Assembly (NCBI GenBank): GCA_964244895.1
Contig: CAXTKV010000024.1
Coordinates: 1 to 37,785, forward strand
DNA: 37,785 nt
Direction: 5' to 3'
Origin: an uncultured Deinococcales bacterium
GTDB lineage: Bacteria > Deinococcota > Deinococci > Deinococcales > JAAFIG01
Each line of letters starts with the position of its first letter. Position 1 is the stretch's first letter. Positions 20,516 through 30,436 of the stretch are shown here, piece by piece. The notes under the pieces are model-generated. The model was not told the origin of the DNA. It was given only the letters and a program-made list of their open reading frames with translations, and did no database searches. The position numbers were made by a program, and so were the translations under genes.

Positions 20516-21664
20516 TCAATCCACCAGCTCGACGATTTCCTCGTCCTGCACGAGCCGCAGGGGCAAACGCACGAAGAAGCTCGAGCCGTAACCGCGCTCC
20601 GATTGCGCCCAGATGCGCCCACCGTGGGCTTCGACCGCGAGCTTGCAGAACGTCAAGCCCATGCCCGTATCAAAACGCGTGGTGGACGTGACCCGTGAGC
20701 GCTCGAAGGCATCGAAAATCGTCTCGAGGTCCTCTTCTGGCATGCCCTCGCCATCGTCTTGAACCACGACCTCGATCGCGTCTGGCTCGACGCGCGCCCG
20801 CACCTCGATTTGCCCGGTGCGTTCCGTGTGCTTGATCGCGTTCGAGATCAAATTGGCGAAGACCCGGCGCAAAACCTCGCTGTCCGCGTCAAACGTGGGC
20901 AGGTCGGCGGGCAAGCTGTAGCGCACCTGGCGGTGCGACGGGCCGCCAACGTCCGCCAGCGCGAGTTCCAGCAGGTGCTTCAGGCCGTCCGGCGCGACCG
21001 GGCCGCGCGTCAGCCGCAACTTACCGGATTGCATCTTGCGCACGTCCAGGATGTTCGCGGCCAGGTGCAGCAGGTGCTGGGCTTCGTCCTGCGCGAGTTG
21101 CAGCAGGCTGGAGGCGGGCCCTGGCAACCGGGAGGCATGCGCTTCGATGACTTCCTCGACGGCGGTGATAACGGTGCTGATCGGGTTCTTGAAATCGTGA
21201 ACCAGCATCTGCGTGAGCTGGTCTTTGTTGCGCTCGATTTCCAGCAACTCGCGGTGCTCGCGCTCCACCGCTTCCAGGCGCCGCTCGAGATCCATCAGGC
21301 CCTGACGGGCTTTGCGAACCATCTCGAGGCGCATCAAAAAACGTGACGGGTCGAAAGGTTCGGGTTCGACGGCCTCCAGCCCCGCGCGGTGGTATTCGGT
21401 CGCTCGCTCCAGCGGCGCGAGCGCCACGACCCAGGCGTGATGCAGTTCCGCGCGGCGCGTCAGCACCGCCGCGACCTCGTTGGCGGGCATCGAGCCGTGC
21501 AGGCCGTGATGGACGATCACCACGTCCGGCAGAACCGTGTGCGCTTCGCGAAGTGTGGCCTCGTCGGTGTCGGTGCGGTGGCACTCGAAGCCCGCACCCT
21601 CCAGGCTCGCCCGGATCGCCCGCGCGGCCTGGTCGTCGCTGGATGCGATCAGCGCGCGCGACAC
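20516..21664 (-). CDS. cytoplasmic histidine kinase with N-terminal pseudo-receiver domain
   Basis: H-box LVHDFKNP, N-box NLISNAIKHT, DDGEGM, DTGMGL, HGGRIW. Receiver-like N-terminus without acidic pocket. Start estimated at GTG 21664. Confidence 0.85.
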   Translation of the reverse strand: MSRALIASSDDQAARAIRASLEGAGFECHRTDTDEATLREAHTVLPDVVIVHHGLHGSMPANEVAAVLTRRAELHHAWVVALAPLERATEYHRAGLEAVEPEPFDPSRFLMRLEMVRKARQGLMDLERRLEAVEREHRELLEIERNKDQLTQMLVHDFKNPISTVITAVEEVIEAHASRLPGPASSLLQLAQDEAQHLLHLAANILDVRKMQSGKLRLTRGPVAPDGLKHLLELALADVGGPSHRQVRYSLPADLPTFDADSEVLRRVFANLISNAIKHTERTGQIEVRARVEPDAIEVVVQDDGEGMPEEDLETIFDAFERSRVTSTTRFDTGMGLTFCKLAVEAHGGRIWAQSERGYGSSFFVRLPLRLVQDEEIVELVD

Positions 21665-21729
21665 GGCCTGACCGCGCGGGGCTCGAGTCCGGGAACGAAG
21701 AACATGATCCGAGAATACTCGAGCTCGAT

Positions 21730-21808
21730 TGTCCGGGACGGTGATCCTGACCCGAGGGAAAGCCGCAAGCCGCAAGCCGCGAGCCGCGAGGAACACCGTC
21801 CGGGACGC
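21730..21808. repeat. two arms tail-to-tail around an AGCCGC(A/G) heptamer array
   Basis: TGTCCGGGACGGTGAT; AGCCGCA AGCCGCA AGCCGCG AGCCGCG; GAACACCGTCCGGGACGC. Confidence 0.85.
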
Positions 21809-21823
21809 AGGGATTGAACCACG

Positions 21824-21854
21824 AAAAAGCCCGTCCCAGACGGGACGGGCTTTT
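21824..21854 (-). terminator. terminator after skp (bidirectional shape)
   Basis: AAAAAGCCCGTCCC-AGAC-GGGACGGGCTTTT. Confidence 0.8.
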
Positions 21855-21868
21855 AAGAAAGACAACGT

Positions 21869-22372
21869 TTACTTCTTGAGGGCCTTGATCACGTCGTCCG
21901 TGATGTTCGTGTCGTCATCGGCGTACACGACCAGCGCGGACTGCTGCGCCACGCCGCGATCCATCACGATCGCGCAACTTTGCGCGCGGGCGGTGGTCTT
22001 GATCAGGTCGTCGATCTCCTTGGTGACCGGATCGAGTGCCTTGTTGATCTTGTCCTGCCACTTCTTGGTGGTGGCCTGCACCGTCTTGGAGAGGGTATCG
22101 AGCTGCTGGCGCTCCGCGGCGGTCGCCGTGCCCGCCGCGACCTTCTGCTGGATGGCCTGACCCTGCGCCTGAAGGGGCTGGAGTTCCTTGTTGGCGCTGT
22201 CGCGCAAGCCCTTGATTTCCGCGCCCTTGGGGTGCGCGTCCAGAATCTGTTGGGCGGTCACGAAGCACACGCGCGGCGTCTTGCTCTGCGCGCTGGTGAT
22301 GGTAAAGGCGCTGGTGATGCCGATGGCGGCGACCGTCAGTCCAGCCCAGGCGAGTCTCTCAAACTTGATCAT
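21869..22372 (-). CDS. OmpH/Skp periplasmic chaperone
   Basis: Signal peptide, FVTAQQILDAHP, coiled coil, VVYADDDTNITDDVIKAL; GAGGAG RBS. Confidence 0.88.
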   Translation of the reverse strand: MIKFERLAWAGLTVAAIGITSAFTITSAQSKTPRVCFVTAQQILDAHPKGAEIKGLRDSANKELQPLQAQGQAIQQKVAAGTATAAERQQLDTLSKTVQATTKKWQDKINKALDPVTKEIDDLIKTTARAQSCAIVMDRGVAQQSALVVYADDDTNITDDVIKALKK

Positions 22373-22626
22373 CGAATGTTCTCCTCGTACCCTTTTGGGG
22401 TGCCATCACGGTTTCTTGCGGAAACCGCGCGGCGGTAGGGGCGCGTTCGCTCGTGCGAAAACGGCCTTCCTCGGGCAAGACGGTATCACGCCGGGGCTGG
22501 GGCTTGTGAAGGCCGCGTTAAAAGTGTGAATAAAAGCATCGCGCTTCAGACCAATCGCGATCCCGAGGCTCGGTTTTTTGATTCCCTCTGATTTCTGAGC
22601 CCCGACGGCTGACCGATCCGAAAGAG

Positions 22627-22655
22627 AAAAGACCGTCCCAGACGCTTTTCTCGAG
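22627..22655. repeat. CGT-N5-ACG element, left arm
   Basis: AAAAGACCGTCCCAGACGCTTTTCTCGAG. Confidence 0.8.
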
Positions 22656-22728
22656 ACCATCCGAGGCCGCATCAGACGATGCCCACCGCGCCGATCTCGA
22701 GTAGGATGAACCCATCGGAGGCCACAAG

Positions 22729-23355
22729 ATGCTCGTTAAAGATTGGATGACGCCCGCACCGCTGACCATATCGCCGGAAACCCCGGTGCTGGACGCACTG
22801 AAACTCCTCAAGGAACGCGGCTTCAGGCGTTTGCCCGTGACCGACGGCGCAAAACTGGTCGGGATCGTGACCGACAAGGACCTCAAGGACGCCATGCCGT
22901 CCAAGGCCACGACGCTGAGCGTCTGGGAGATGAACTATTTGCTCTCCAAACTGGTCGTGCGCGAAGTCATGGCGCATCCCGTCATGACCGCCCACGCCAA
23001 CGACACCCTGGAAGACGCCGCACTCAGGATGCAGGAGCACAAGGTCGCGGGCTTCCCGGTGCTGGACGCCAACGGCGCGCTGGTCGGGATATTGACGATC
23101 ACCGACGTACTGCGCGCCCTGGTGACCGTGCTCGGCCTCAAAGAAGGCGGCGTGCGCGTGACCTTGCACATGCCCGACGTGCCCGGCAGCTTGGAGCGCG
23201 CCGCCGCCGCGATCAAACCCGCCAACATTGTTTCCGTGGCCACCGCCGGGGAATCCGACGGGCGGCGCCAGTTCGTGATGCGCGTCACCGGGGATGTCGG
23301 CGGCGTGGCCGAACGCTTACGCGAGGCCGGAATCGAAGTCGAAACGCACCCTTGA
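22729..23355 (+). CDS. acuB: AcuB-like CBS+ACT domain protein
   Basis: MLVKDWMT, two CBS domains ([24 protein letters not shown]), C-terminal ACT (PDVPGSL). Confidence 0.85.
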   Translation: MLVKDWMTPAPLTISPETPVLDALKLLKERGFRRLPVTDGAKLVGIVTDKDLKDAMPSKATTLSVWEMNYLLSKLVVREVMAHPVMTAHANDTLEDAALRMQEHKVAGFPVLDANGALVGILTITDVLRALVTVLGLKEGGVRVTLHMPDVPGSLERAAAAIKPANIVSVATAGESDGRRQFVMRVTGDVGGVAERLREAGIEVETHP

Positions 23356-23372
23356 AGCTCCAGACACCGAAG

Positions 23373-23396
23373 CTCGAGCACACCGTCTCGCTCGAG
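23373..23396. repeat. degenerate arm between two CTCGAG sites
   Basis: CTCGAGCACACCGTCTCGCTCGAG. Confidence 0.5.
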
Positions 23397-23407
23397 AAAC
23401 GCTAACG

Positions 23408-24019
23408 ATGCTGACCCTTTCCAGCCCCTACGGACCCATCGAGATCTGGCCGTGCGGCGACCCCGCCGTGATCCAGCGCCTCGAGATGGACGCCTCCTTG
23501 AACGCCTTCCGCGCTGCCGCGCAACAACACGACGCCCTGGTCGGGATCGCGGCCTTGCAGGACGGCTGCCTGAGCTTCGCGCGGCTGGCGCACCGCTTGA
23601 TCGGCTACTGCACCGTTCACCCGCCCGACCGCATCGAACGCTGGAGCCAATCCCGCCTGCCGGGGCTGTTTGAATTGGGCGCGGTCGAAACCTCCGACGC
23701 CCACCGGGGCCGCCACCTGGCGCGTCGATTGCTCGAGGTGACGTTCTCCACCGGGCGATTCGAGAACAAAATCGTGATCGCCACGCTCTACCACTGGCAT
23801 TTCGACCTGGAAGGCACCAGCCTGACCACCTACGCCTACCGCCAGTTGCTCGAGCGGCTGTACGGCAGCGTGGGCTTCAAGGTCTACCCCACCGACGACC
23901 CAGAAATCGCGTACTACCCCGGCAATTCGTTGATGGCCCGCGTCGGGCCGGGCGCGAGCCTGGAATTGATCGCGGAATTCGATCGCTTGCGGTTCCTGGG
24001 GAAAGAGGCGGCGCGGTGA
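23408..24019 (+). CDS. acuA: AcuA-like GNAT protein lysine acetyltransferase
   Basis: PDRIERWS, ELGAVE..HRGRHLA, YHWHFDLEGT.L...YR, TDDPEI....N.LMARVG match the Bacillus AcuA pattern. Confidence 0.85.
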   Translation: MLTLSSPYGPIEIWPCGDPAVIQRLEMDASLNAFRAAAQQHDALVGIAALQDGCLSFARLAHRLIGYCTVHPPDRIERWSQSRLPGLFELGAVETSDAHRGRHLARRLLEVTFSTGRFENKIVIATLYHWHFDLEGTSLTTYAYRQLLERLYGSVGFKVYPTDDPEIAYYPGNSLMARVGPGASLELIAEFDRLRFLGKEAAR

Positions 24020-24073
24020 GCGAGACTTCCCCGGCTCGCGTTCTCGTCAGCCCCGTGCGGAGCAGGCGAATCA

Positions 24074-24125
24074 AAGAACACCGTCCCGCACGCGATTTCA
24101 AATATGCGTGCGGGACGGTGTTCTT
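24074..24125. repeat. CGT-N5-ACG element, 25 bp, perfect 20-bp inverted repeat
   Basis: AAGAACACCGTCCCGCACGC-GATTTCAAATAT-GCGTGCGGGACGGTGTTCTT. Confidence 0.95.
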
Positions 24126-24164
24126 GCACCTCGAGCGCGCGTTTTCTCGGGCGTCGGGGAACGC

Positions 24165-25310
24165 ATGACCCGCACCGCGTTCGTTCACTCACCAGAGACG
24201 CAAAAATACGACCTGGGCGCGAACCACCCGTTCAAAGCGATCCGGCCCGAAGCCACCAAATCCCTGCTCGAGCACGCGGGAATCCTCGCGCCATCCGCGA
24301 TCATCGCGCCGAAGTCAGCGACGGAAGCCGATCTCCTGGGGGCTCACGCGCAACGTTACGTCTCTCGGGTCGAACGCGCATCCAGGGGCGAAGCCGTTCC
24401 AGATCACCTCGAGTACGGCATCGGCACGTCGGACACGCCGATCTTCAATGCCATGCACGAAAGCACGCTGGCCGTCGTCGGCGCGACGCTCGAGGCGGCG
24501 CGGCTCGTGGCCAACGGCACGTACCAGCGCGCCGTCAACCTTTCCGGCGGACTGCACCACGCCAGCCACGACAAGGGATCGGGATTCTGCGTGTACAACG
24601 ATCTTTCGGTGGCGATCCACCACCTGAAATCCCAGGGCTTGCGCGTGGCCTACATCGACGTGGACGCGCACCACGGCGACGGCGTGCAATGGATTCACTA
24701 CGACGACCCCGCCGTGCTGACCATCAGCCTGCACGAGACGGGCCGCTACCTGTTCCCCGGCACGGGCTTCACCTTCGAGATGGGGCGCGGCGACGGGCTG
24801 GGCTACAGCCTGAACGTGCCTTTAGAGCCGTTCACGGAGGACTCGAGCTACCAGGAAGCCCTCGAGCGCGTCCTCGAACCTGCACTGCGCTGGTTCAAAC
24901 CCGACGCGATCGTGCTTCAGGCCGGGGCGGACGCGCACCAGTTCGACCCGCTCGCGGATTTGGCTCTGACCGTGCCAGGATTCGAGCGGATTTTTGCACT
25001 GATCTCGAGCCTCGCGGATGACCACGCGGGCGGCAGGATCGTCGCCACGGGCGGCGGGGGTTACGCGACCTGGACGGCTGTGCCACGCGTCTGGGGTGCG
25101 CTGTACGCCGCGCTCGAGGGCGAGAAGTTGCCCACGGATGTTCCGCGCGGTTGGCTCGAGCAATGGCAGCCGCACACGCTTGAACCTCTGCCGGACACCA
25201 TGCTTGACCCCGAACCCGACATTCCCAGAAAGCCAGAGATCGAGGTCAGGAACGCGAAGATGGTCACGCAGTTGCTCGAGGACTGGAAGAGGGTCACTGG
25301 TCAGAGTTGA
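24165..25310 (+). CDS. acuC: AcuC class I (Zn-dependent) lysine deacetylase
   Basis: HPFKAIR, GGLHHA...GSGFCVYND, YIDVDAHHGDGVQ, SLHE...FPGTG, QAGADAH..DPL, GGGGY. Confidence 0.93.
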   Translation: MTRTAFVHSPETQKYDLGANHPFKAIRPEATKSLLEHAGILAPSAIIAPKSATEADLLGAHAQRYVSRVERASRGEAVPDHLEYGIGTSDTPIFNAMHESTLAVVGATLEAARLVANGTYQRAVNLSGGLHHASHDKGSGFCVYNDLSVAIHHLKSQGLRVAYIDVDAHHGDGVQWIHYDDPAVLTISLHETGRYLFPGTGFTFEMGRGDGLGYSLNVPLEPFTEDSSYQEALERVLEPALRWFKPDAIVLQAGADAHQFDPLADLALTVPGFERIFALISSLADDHAGGRIVATGGGGYATWTAVPRVWGALYAALEGEKLPTDVPRGWLEQWQPHTLEPLPDTMLDPEPDIPRKPEIEVRNAKMVTQLLEDWKRVTGQS

Positions 25311-25316
25311 TTTGGG

Positions 25317-25374
25317 GAACACCGTCTCAGACGCTCTTTCTACATCTCGAGAAACGCCGTGCTGGGCGGTGTTC
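25317..25374. repeat. CGT-N5-ACG element, 35 bp
   Basis: GAACACCGTCTCAGACGC...CGTGCTGGGCGGTGTTC. Confidence 0.85.
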
Positions 25375-25408
25375 TTGCGCAGGCACGACTCGAGGCTCGA
25401 GTCAGTTG

Positions 25409-25813
25409 TTACGGGTTCTCGAGTTGCCAATTCTTCCACTTCACGCCGGACACGGCGGAAAAGTCCTTGACGTTCTCTGTCAACACCGTTCGGCGCAACT
25501 CTCTGGCCGTGGCCGCGATCATCAAGTCGTTCAACCCGCTCGGCGTGCCCAACTTGAGGCGCAGCGCCTCGCGCCCCGCAAATGATGCTGCCGCGACCGT
25601 CAAGGGCAGTTGCTCGAGGCTGTTCAACACACCCAACGTCCTTGAACGGTTGGCCGCCGTGCGACCCGCCGCGATCTCGCCGCGCACGAACTCGAGGTAC
25701 GTCACGACCGAAATTGATATGTTCGCGCGCCAGAGGTTGGCGAAAACCTCAATAGCGCGCGGTTGGTTTCTGAAAACGGCAATCAAGAAATTCGTGTCGA
25801 GCACGTACTTCAA
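25409..25813 (-). CDS. vapC: VapC-type PIN domain toxin
   Basis: YVLDTN, conserved E in TYLEF, NDLMIAATA, LTENVKDF. TTG start overlaps the upstream stop codon. Confidence 0.9.
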   Translation of the reverse strand: MKYVLDTNFLIAVFRNQPRAIEVFANLWRANISISVVTYLEFVRGEIAAGRTAANRSRTLGVLNSLEQLPLTVAAASFAGREALRLKLGTPSGLNDLMIAATARELRRTVLTENVKDFSAVSGVKWKNWQLENP

Positions 25814-25998
25814 GGCAGCTTGCGCCCCATCGCCTTGACGACTTTCGTGCCGGATGGCCCCTTGAGCGCTCCAGCCGCGCGACGGGCCAGCTTGACCATC
25901 TCAGGGTCTTTTGCTTTCCCCGTTTTGCCCACGGAAACTGGGCCGCTCTTGGTCGAAGACTTGGCGGTCACGGCTCGAGTTTTGAATGACATCGCCAT
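25810..25998 (-). CDS. putative antitoxin (62 aa, very basic)
   Basis: Directly upstream of the PIN gene with a 4-nt overlap; TATACT-6nt-ATG leaderless start. Confidence 0.65.
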   Translation of the reverse strand: MAMSFKTRAVTAKSSTKSGPVSVGKTGKAKDPEMVKLARRAAGALKGPSGTKVVKAMGRKLP

Positions 25999-26077
25999 GC
26001 TCCAAGTATACGCCAGGGCGAGGATAAAAAGACCTTGATGGCGAGCCTCAGCCCAGGATTTACCCTGAAACATCAGG

Positions 26078-26734
<657 letters not shown>

Positions 26735-26910
26735 GTCTCGCGTTTCATCTCGAGATTTCTGGTGTTGTCTTCATTGCCTGACGGCGGGTGGCTCGAGCGC
26801 CACACAATCGGTGACGCGAGAGACGAACGGGTCTGGCGCACGATTTTTTCGTCATCAACCGTGTCATTTGGACTGCGCTCAGATTGGCCACCCGAGCGTA
26901 CACTCGCGTG

Positions 26911-27801
26911 ATGGATTCGTACCTGATTCGCGGTACGGCGGCGCAGGACACGTTGCGCGTTTTGGCTGCCGACACGACAAAAGTGGTTGAAGAGGCGCGC
27001 GCCAGGCATCGGACTTCTCCGACGGCGACGGCGGCGTTGGGGCGTTCGTTGACGGCTTCGCTGCTGCTGGCGCAAGTCTTGTCGAAAACGGACGATGCGC
27101 GTTTGACGCTTCGCATTCAGGGCGACGGGCCGCTCGGTTGGATCGTGACGGAGGGCAGCCGGGATGGTCTGACGCGAGGTTACGTCAAGCACGCGGAGGC
27201 GGATTTGCCGGGTCGGGCGGATGGCAAGCTCGACGTGGGCGGTCTGGTCGGCAGTGACGGCGAGATCGCGGTGACGCGCCTTCTGGAAAACGCGGAGCCG
27301 TACACGGGCAGCGTGCCGCTCGTCTCCGGTGAAATCGCGGAGGACGTGGCGACGTACCTGATGCGTTCGGAACAGATTCCCAGCGTGACGATGTTGGGCG
27401 TGTTCGTCAACGATCGTGGCGTGTCGCACGCGGGCGGGTTGATCGTGCAGACCATGCCGGGCGTGAGCGAGGAAACGCTTTCCGCGCTCGAGCAGAACGT
27501 GCGCGAGATGGGTCAGTTCACGACCGTGCTGCGCCAGGAAGGGCTGCTGGGCGCGGTCGAACGCGTCACGAAGGGCCTGGATTTCGTGATCCAGCCCGAT
27601 TCGCTGGGTTTGAAATTTCAGTGCCGTTGCTCGATGGATCGGGCTTTGCGGGCGTTGACGTTCTTCGGGTCTGATGAACGGCTCGAGATGATCGAATTGG
27701 GCGGGCAGGAAGTCGTGTGCCACTGGTGCAACGAGAAGCATTTCGTGACGCCGGATTTGATTCGTTCCCTGGATGCCGCACCGAGCGTCGCCGACGCGTA
27801 A
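26911..27801 (+). CDS. hslO: Hsp33 redox-regulated chaperone
   Basis: TATAALGR, GDGPLG, SGEIAED...Y...SEQIPS, CRCS and CHWC zinc motifs; TACACT-6nt-ATG. Confidence 0.95.
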   Translation: MDSYLIRGTAAQDTLRVLAADTTKVVEEARARHRTSPTATAALGRSLTASLLLAQVLSKTDDARLTLRIQGDGPLGWIVTEGSRDGLTRGYVKHAEADLPGRADGKLDVGGLVGSDGEIAVTRLLENAEPYTGSVPLVSGEIAEDVATYLMRSEQIPSVTMLGVFVNDRGVSHAGGLIVQTMPGVSEETLSALEQNVREMGQFTTVLRQEGLLGAVERVTKGLDFVIQPDSLGLKFQCRCSMDRALRALTFFGSDERLEMIELGGQEVVCHWCNEKHFVTPDLIRSLDAAPSVADA

Positions 27802-27806
27802 CCTGA

Positions 27807-27860
27807 CTCGAGAACACCGTCCTGGACGCATTTCCTTACTTGCGTGCTGGACGGTGTTCT
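27807..27860. repeat. CGT-N5-ACG element, 25 bp
   Basis: CTCGAGAACACCGTCCTGGACGCA...TGCGTGCTGGACGGTGTTCT. Confidence 0.92.
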
Positions 27861-28408
27861 TATTTCAGATCGAGTTGCTCGAGGAGTGCTGCGATCTGTA
27901 GGCCGTCTGGCGTCAACGCGTAGCTCGCGTCAGCGTTTCGTTGCAGCAGGCCGTTCGTCTCGAGGTCGCGCAGGCTCAGGGCGAGGGCACGCGAGGTCAG
28001 ACCGGGAAAGGCGTCCAGCAGCGGGCTGAATCGCTCAAAGCCTGTACGAATCGCGAGCGTCACGGGCAAGGACCATTTTTTGAGCATCGCGTCGGTGATG
28101 TCCAGGTCGCGCAAGCGGTTGATCAACTCGAGCGCGCTCGAGCCGACCAGTTGACCCGATGGCGTCGGGACGTACTCGGGCCGGAGCGGGTGGCCGTAGC
28201 CGGGGTTCTTGACGGCCAGCCCGAGGGCTCGCAGATGCTCGAGCGTTCGGGATAACGAGTCGCGGCTGATGCCGAGCCGGTTGACCAGCGTGACGAATTT
28301 GCAGCCGTCGTCGCGGTACAGCTCCGCCAGGATGGGAATCGCCCAGCGGTGGTGCGCCAGGACGCTCAGGCGTTCGAGTTGGGTTTTGTCGGCGGTGAGT
28401 TCTGGCAT
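27860..28408 (-). CDS. tandem HxlR-type winged-helix regulator
   Basis: Two repeats of the HxlR pattern: RWAIPIL..LSRTLEHL..EYVPTPSG and KWSLPV..LALSLRDLE..YALTPDG. Confidence 0.8.
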   Translation of the reverse strand: MPELTADKTQLERLSVLAHHRWAIPILAELYRDDGCKFVTLVNRLGISRDSLSRTLEHLRALGLAVKNPGYGHPLRPEYVPTPSGQLVGSSALELINRLRDLDITDAMLKKWSLPVTLAIRTGFERFSPLLDAFPGLTSRALALSLRDLETNGLLQRNADASYALTPDGLQIAALLEQLDLK

Positions 28409-28515
28409 GGTGTCGGGTTTACACAGAATAGCTTATTTTTATTTTGCTCTTGACATAACAGCTCTCGGTGCTGTAAAACATTCTTGTATAAAAACCGTAC
28501 CGAAAGGAGAAGGAC

Positions 28516-28926
28516 ATGACCACAGCGGCAGCCACAATCGAGCCAGGTTCAACACTCGGATTCACCACAGGGATCACGATCTCACTCGAGGTCAGCGACC
28601 TGGAACGTTCCAAAGGCTGGTACCAGGACGTGCTCGGTTTCAGGTTCCTCTACGAGATGCCGGAAATCGCCTGGTGCGAACTCGAGACGCCGACCAAAGG
28701 CGTGAACATCGGGCTTTCAAAAGTCGAGGAGGTCAAGCGCGGCGGGGGTCTCGTCCCAACCTTCAGCGTGACCGACATCGAGTTCACCCGCACCAAGCTC
28801 GAGGCGCAACACGTGCGCTTCGACGGCCCGACCACCACCATGCCCGGACAGGTCAAGCTCGCCACCTTCTTCGACCCGGACGGACACGCGTTCATGCTCT
28901 ACCAAAACCTCGCGAGCCAAAGCTGA
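28516..28926 (+). CDS. VOC/glyoxalase family protein
   Basis: VSDLERSKGWYQDVLGF, FSVTDIE, FFDPDGH; AAGGAG RBS; divergent from the HxlR gene. Confidence 0.9.
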   Translation: MTTAAATIEPGSTLGFTTGITISLEVSDLERSKGWYQDVLGFRFLYEMPEIAWCELETPTKGVNIGLSKVEEVKRGGGLVPTFSVTDIEFTRTKLEAQHVRFDGPTTTMPGQVKLATFFDPDGHAFMLYQNLASQS

Positions 28927-28932
28927 GGCGAC

Positions 28933-28965
28933 CCCGAGAACACCGTCCAGTACGGTGTTCTCGGG
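28933..28965. repeat. collapsed single-core element
   Basis: CCCGAGAACACCGT-CCAGT-ACGGTGTTCTCGGG. Confidence 0.9.
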
Positions 28966-29140
28966 ATACCATCCGTGAGGATCTAGCTGAAAGAATCACC
29001 TTGATCCAACCTGATCTCGAGGCGGGCGGTTCGGTCACACTCGGTCGGAGTCTCGAGGGTCACGGGTTCTGTCGCCCTGGATAGAATTATCGTCGGCAAA
29101 TCCGGCGCAATCTGAAAGCAATGTGATCCATAACACGCCC

Positions 29141-29188
29141 AAAGACCATCCGGGACGCAGCTTTTGACTCGCGTCCCGGACGGTCTTT
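29141..29188. repeat. CGT-N5-ACG element, 25 bp
   Basis: AAAGACCATCCGGGACGC...GCGTCCCGGACGGTCTTT. Confidence 0.88.
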
Positions 29189-29307
29189 TCTCGATTCGAG
29201 TTTCGTGAATCGAAACCGTGCAGCACGAAGCCGAGGGCCGCATGCGGGATCAAAAACGGGATCGGACGTATCCTGAAAGAACCTTTGCACCAAAAGGAGG
29301 ATCAGGA

Positions 29308-30435
29308 ATGAACCACAAACCGCTCCTGGGTTTCGCGCTCGCCATCGCGCTGGTGGCCTGCCCGTCAACGACCACACCGACGCCGCCGCCCGCCCTGCCA
29401 TCGCTCGAGGGCGTCTGGGCGGCGCAGTCCGGTTCGGGCATCTTCGATGCGCTGACTGACACCACGCCGCTCAAATTCTTGCAATTGACCACCTCGGGTT
29501 CCGGCAAGGCCTTCGCGGTCAACACCTCCTCGAACGTGCTGGCCTGCGCGCCGCTGCTGTTCGCGGTCAACAACGCGAACGTGGTTTCGGTCTCCTCGAG
29601 CGTGCTGTTCGGTTTCAACAACGCCGGAGGAGCCAGCACCAAACTGCTGAATTTCGCGCTGACCAACGCCACCACCCTGAGCCTGACCGACGAGAACGGC
29701 AACGCGCAGACCTTCACCAAAGCCGCCAGCGTGCCCAACAGCAACCAGTGCGCGGGAGCCAACATCACCGCCAAGCTCGAGAACCTGCCGGTGGTTCCTG
29801 CTAGCTTCACCAACCTCGTCAGCGACGGAACGAACCTGCGGCTGGCCGATGACACCAGCACCGTTCGGATTCTGAACCCGACCACCGGCGCTCAGGTCAG
29901 CACGGAATCCCTTTCGCTGGCTGGGCAGTACACGCAAATCATGGCGATGCAGGGCGCGGATTACTGGGCGCACTGCGGCTGCGGCGGCTCCCAGGACGTT
30001 CATCGCGTCAAACCGAGCGTCTCCACGCCCGTCAAGGCGATCGACACGGACACCAACCTGGGCAGGCGCATCGGCGTCCGGGCCGGAGCCTGGGATGGCA
30101 CGAACCTCTGGCTGGGCGGTTACGGCGCGGACAGCAAGCAGCACGTCCTGCGCGTCAATTCCGAAGCGGCCACCGTCACGCTGATCAGCCAGTTCGAGTT
30201 CGGCTCGAGCCTTCAGGCCCTGACCTTCCAGGATGGCGCGCTGTGGGCGCTGGTCTACGAACTCGGGCCGAAGCTGGCGCAGATCGATACGACCACCGGC
30301 AAGGCCACGCGCACCCTGGATTTACCCGCCGTGACCAACGGCAGCTACCAGGGTCTGGCCTCGCTCAATGGTCGGTTGTACGTGATGATCCGGAATTACG
30401 CGAACACGACCACGATCCTGAACGTGCTGCCGTAG
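29308..30435 (+). CDS. lipoprotein, probable C-terminal beta-propeller
   Basis: AGGAGG RBS, lipobox LVA-C, Pro/Thr linker, repeated blade-like motifs (SDGTNLRL, AWDGTNLWL, TFQDGALW, LNGRLY). Confidence 0.75.
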   Translation: MNHKPLLGFALAIALVACPSTTTPTPPPALPSLEGVWAAQSGSGIFDALTDTTPLKFLQLTTSGSGKAFAVNTSSNVLACAPLLFAVNNANVVSVSSSVLFGFNNAGGASTKLLNFALTNATTLSLTDENGNAQTFTKAASVPNSNQCAGANITAKLENLPVVPASFTNLVSDGTNLRLADDTSTVRILNPTTGAQVSTESLSLAGQYTQIMAMQGADYWAHCGCGGSQDVHRVKPSVSTPVKAIDTDTNLGRRIGVRAGAWDGTNLWLGGYGADSKQHVLRVNSEAATVTLISQFEFGSSLQALTFQDGALWALVYELGPKLAQIDTTTGKATRTLDLPAVTNGSYQGLASLNGRLYVMIRNYANTTTILNVLP

Positions 30436-30436
30436 G

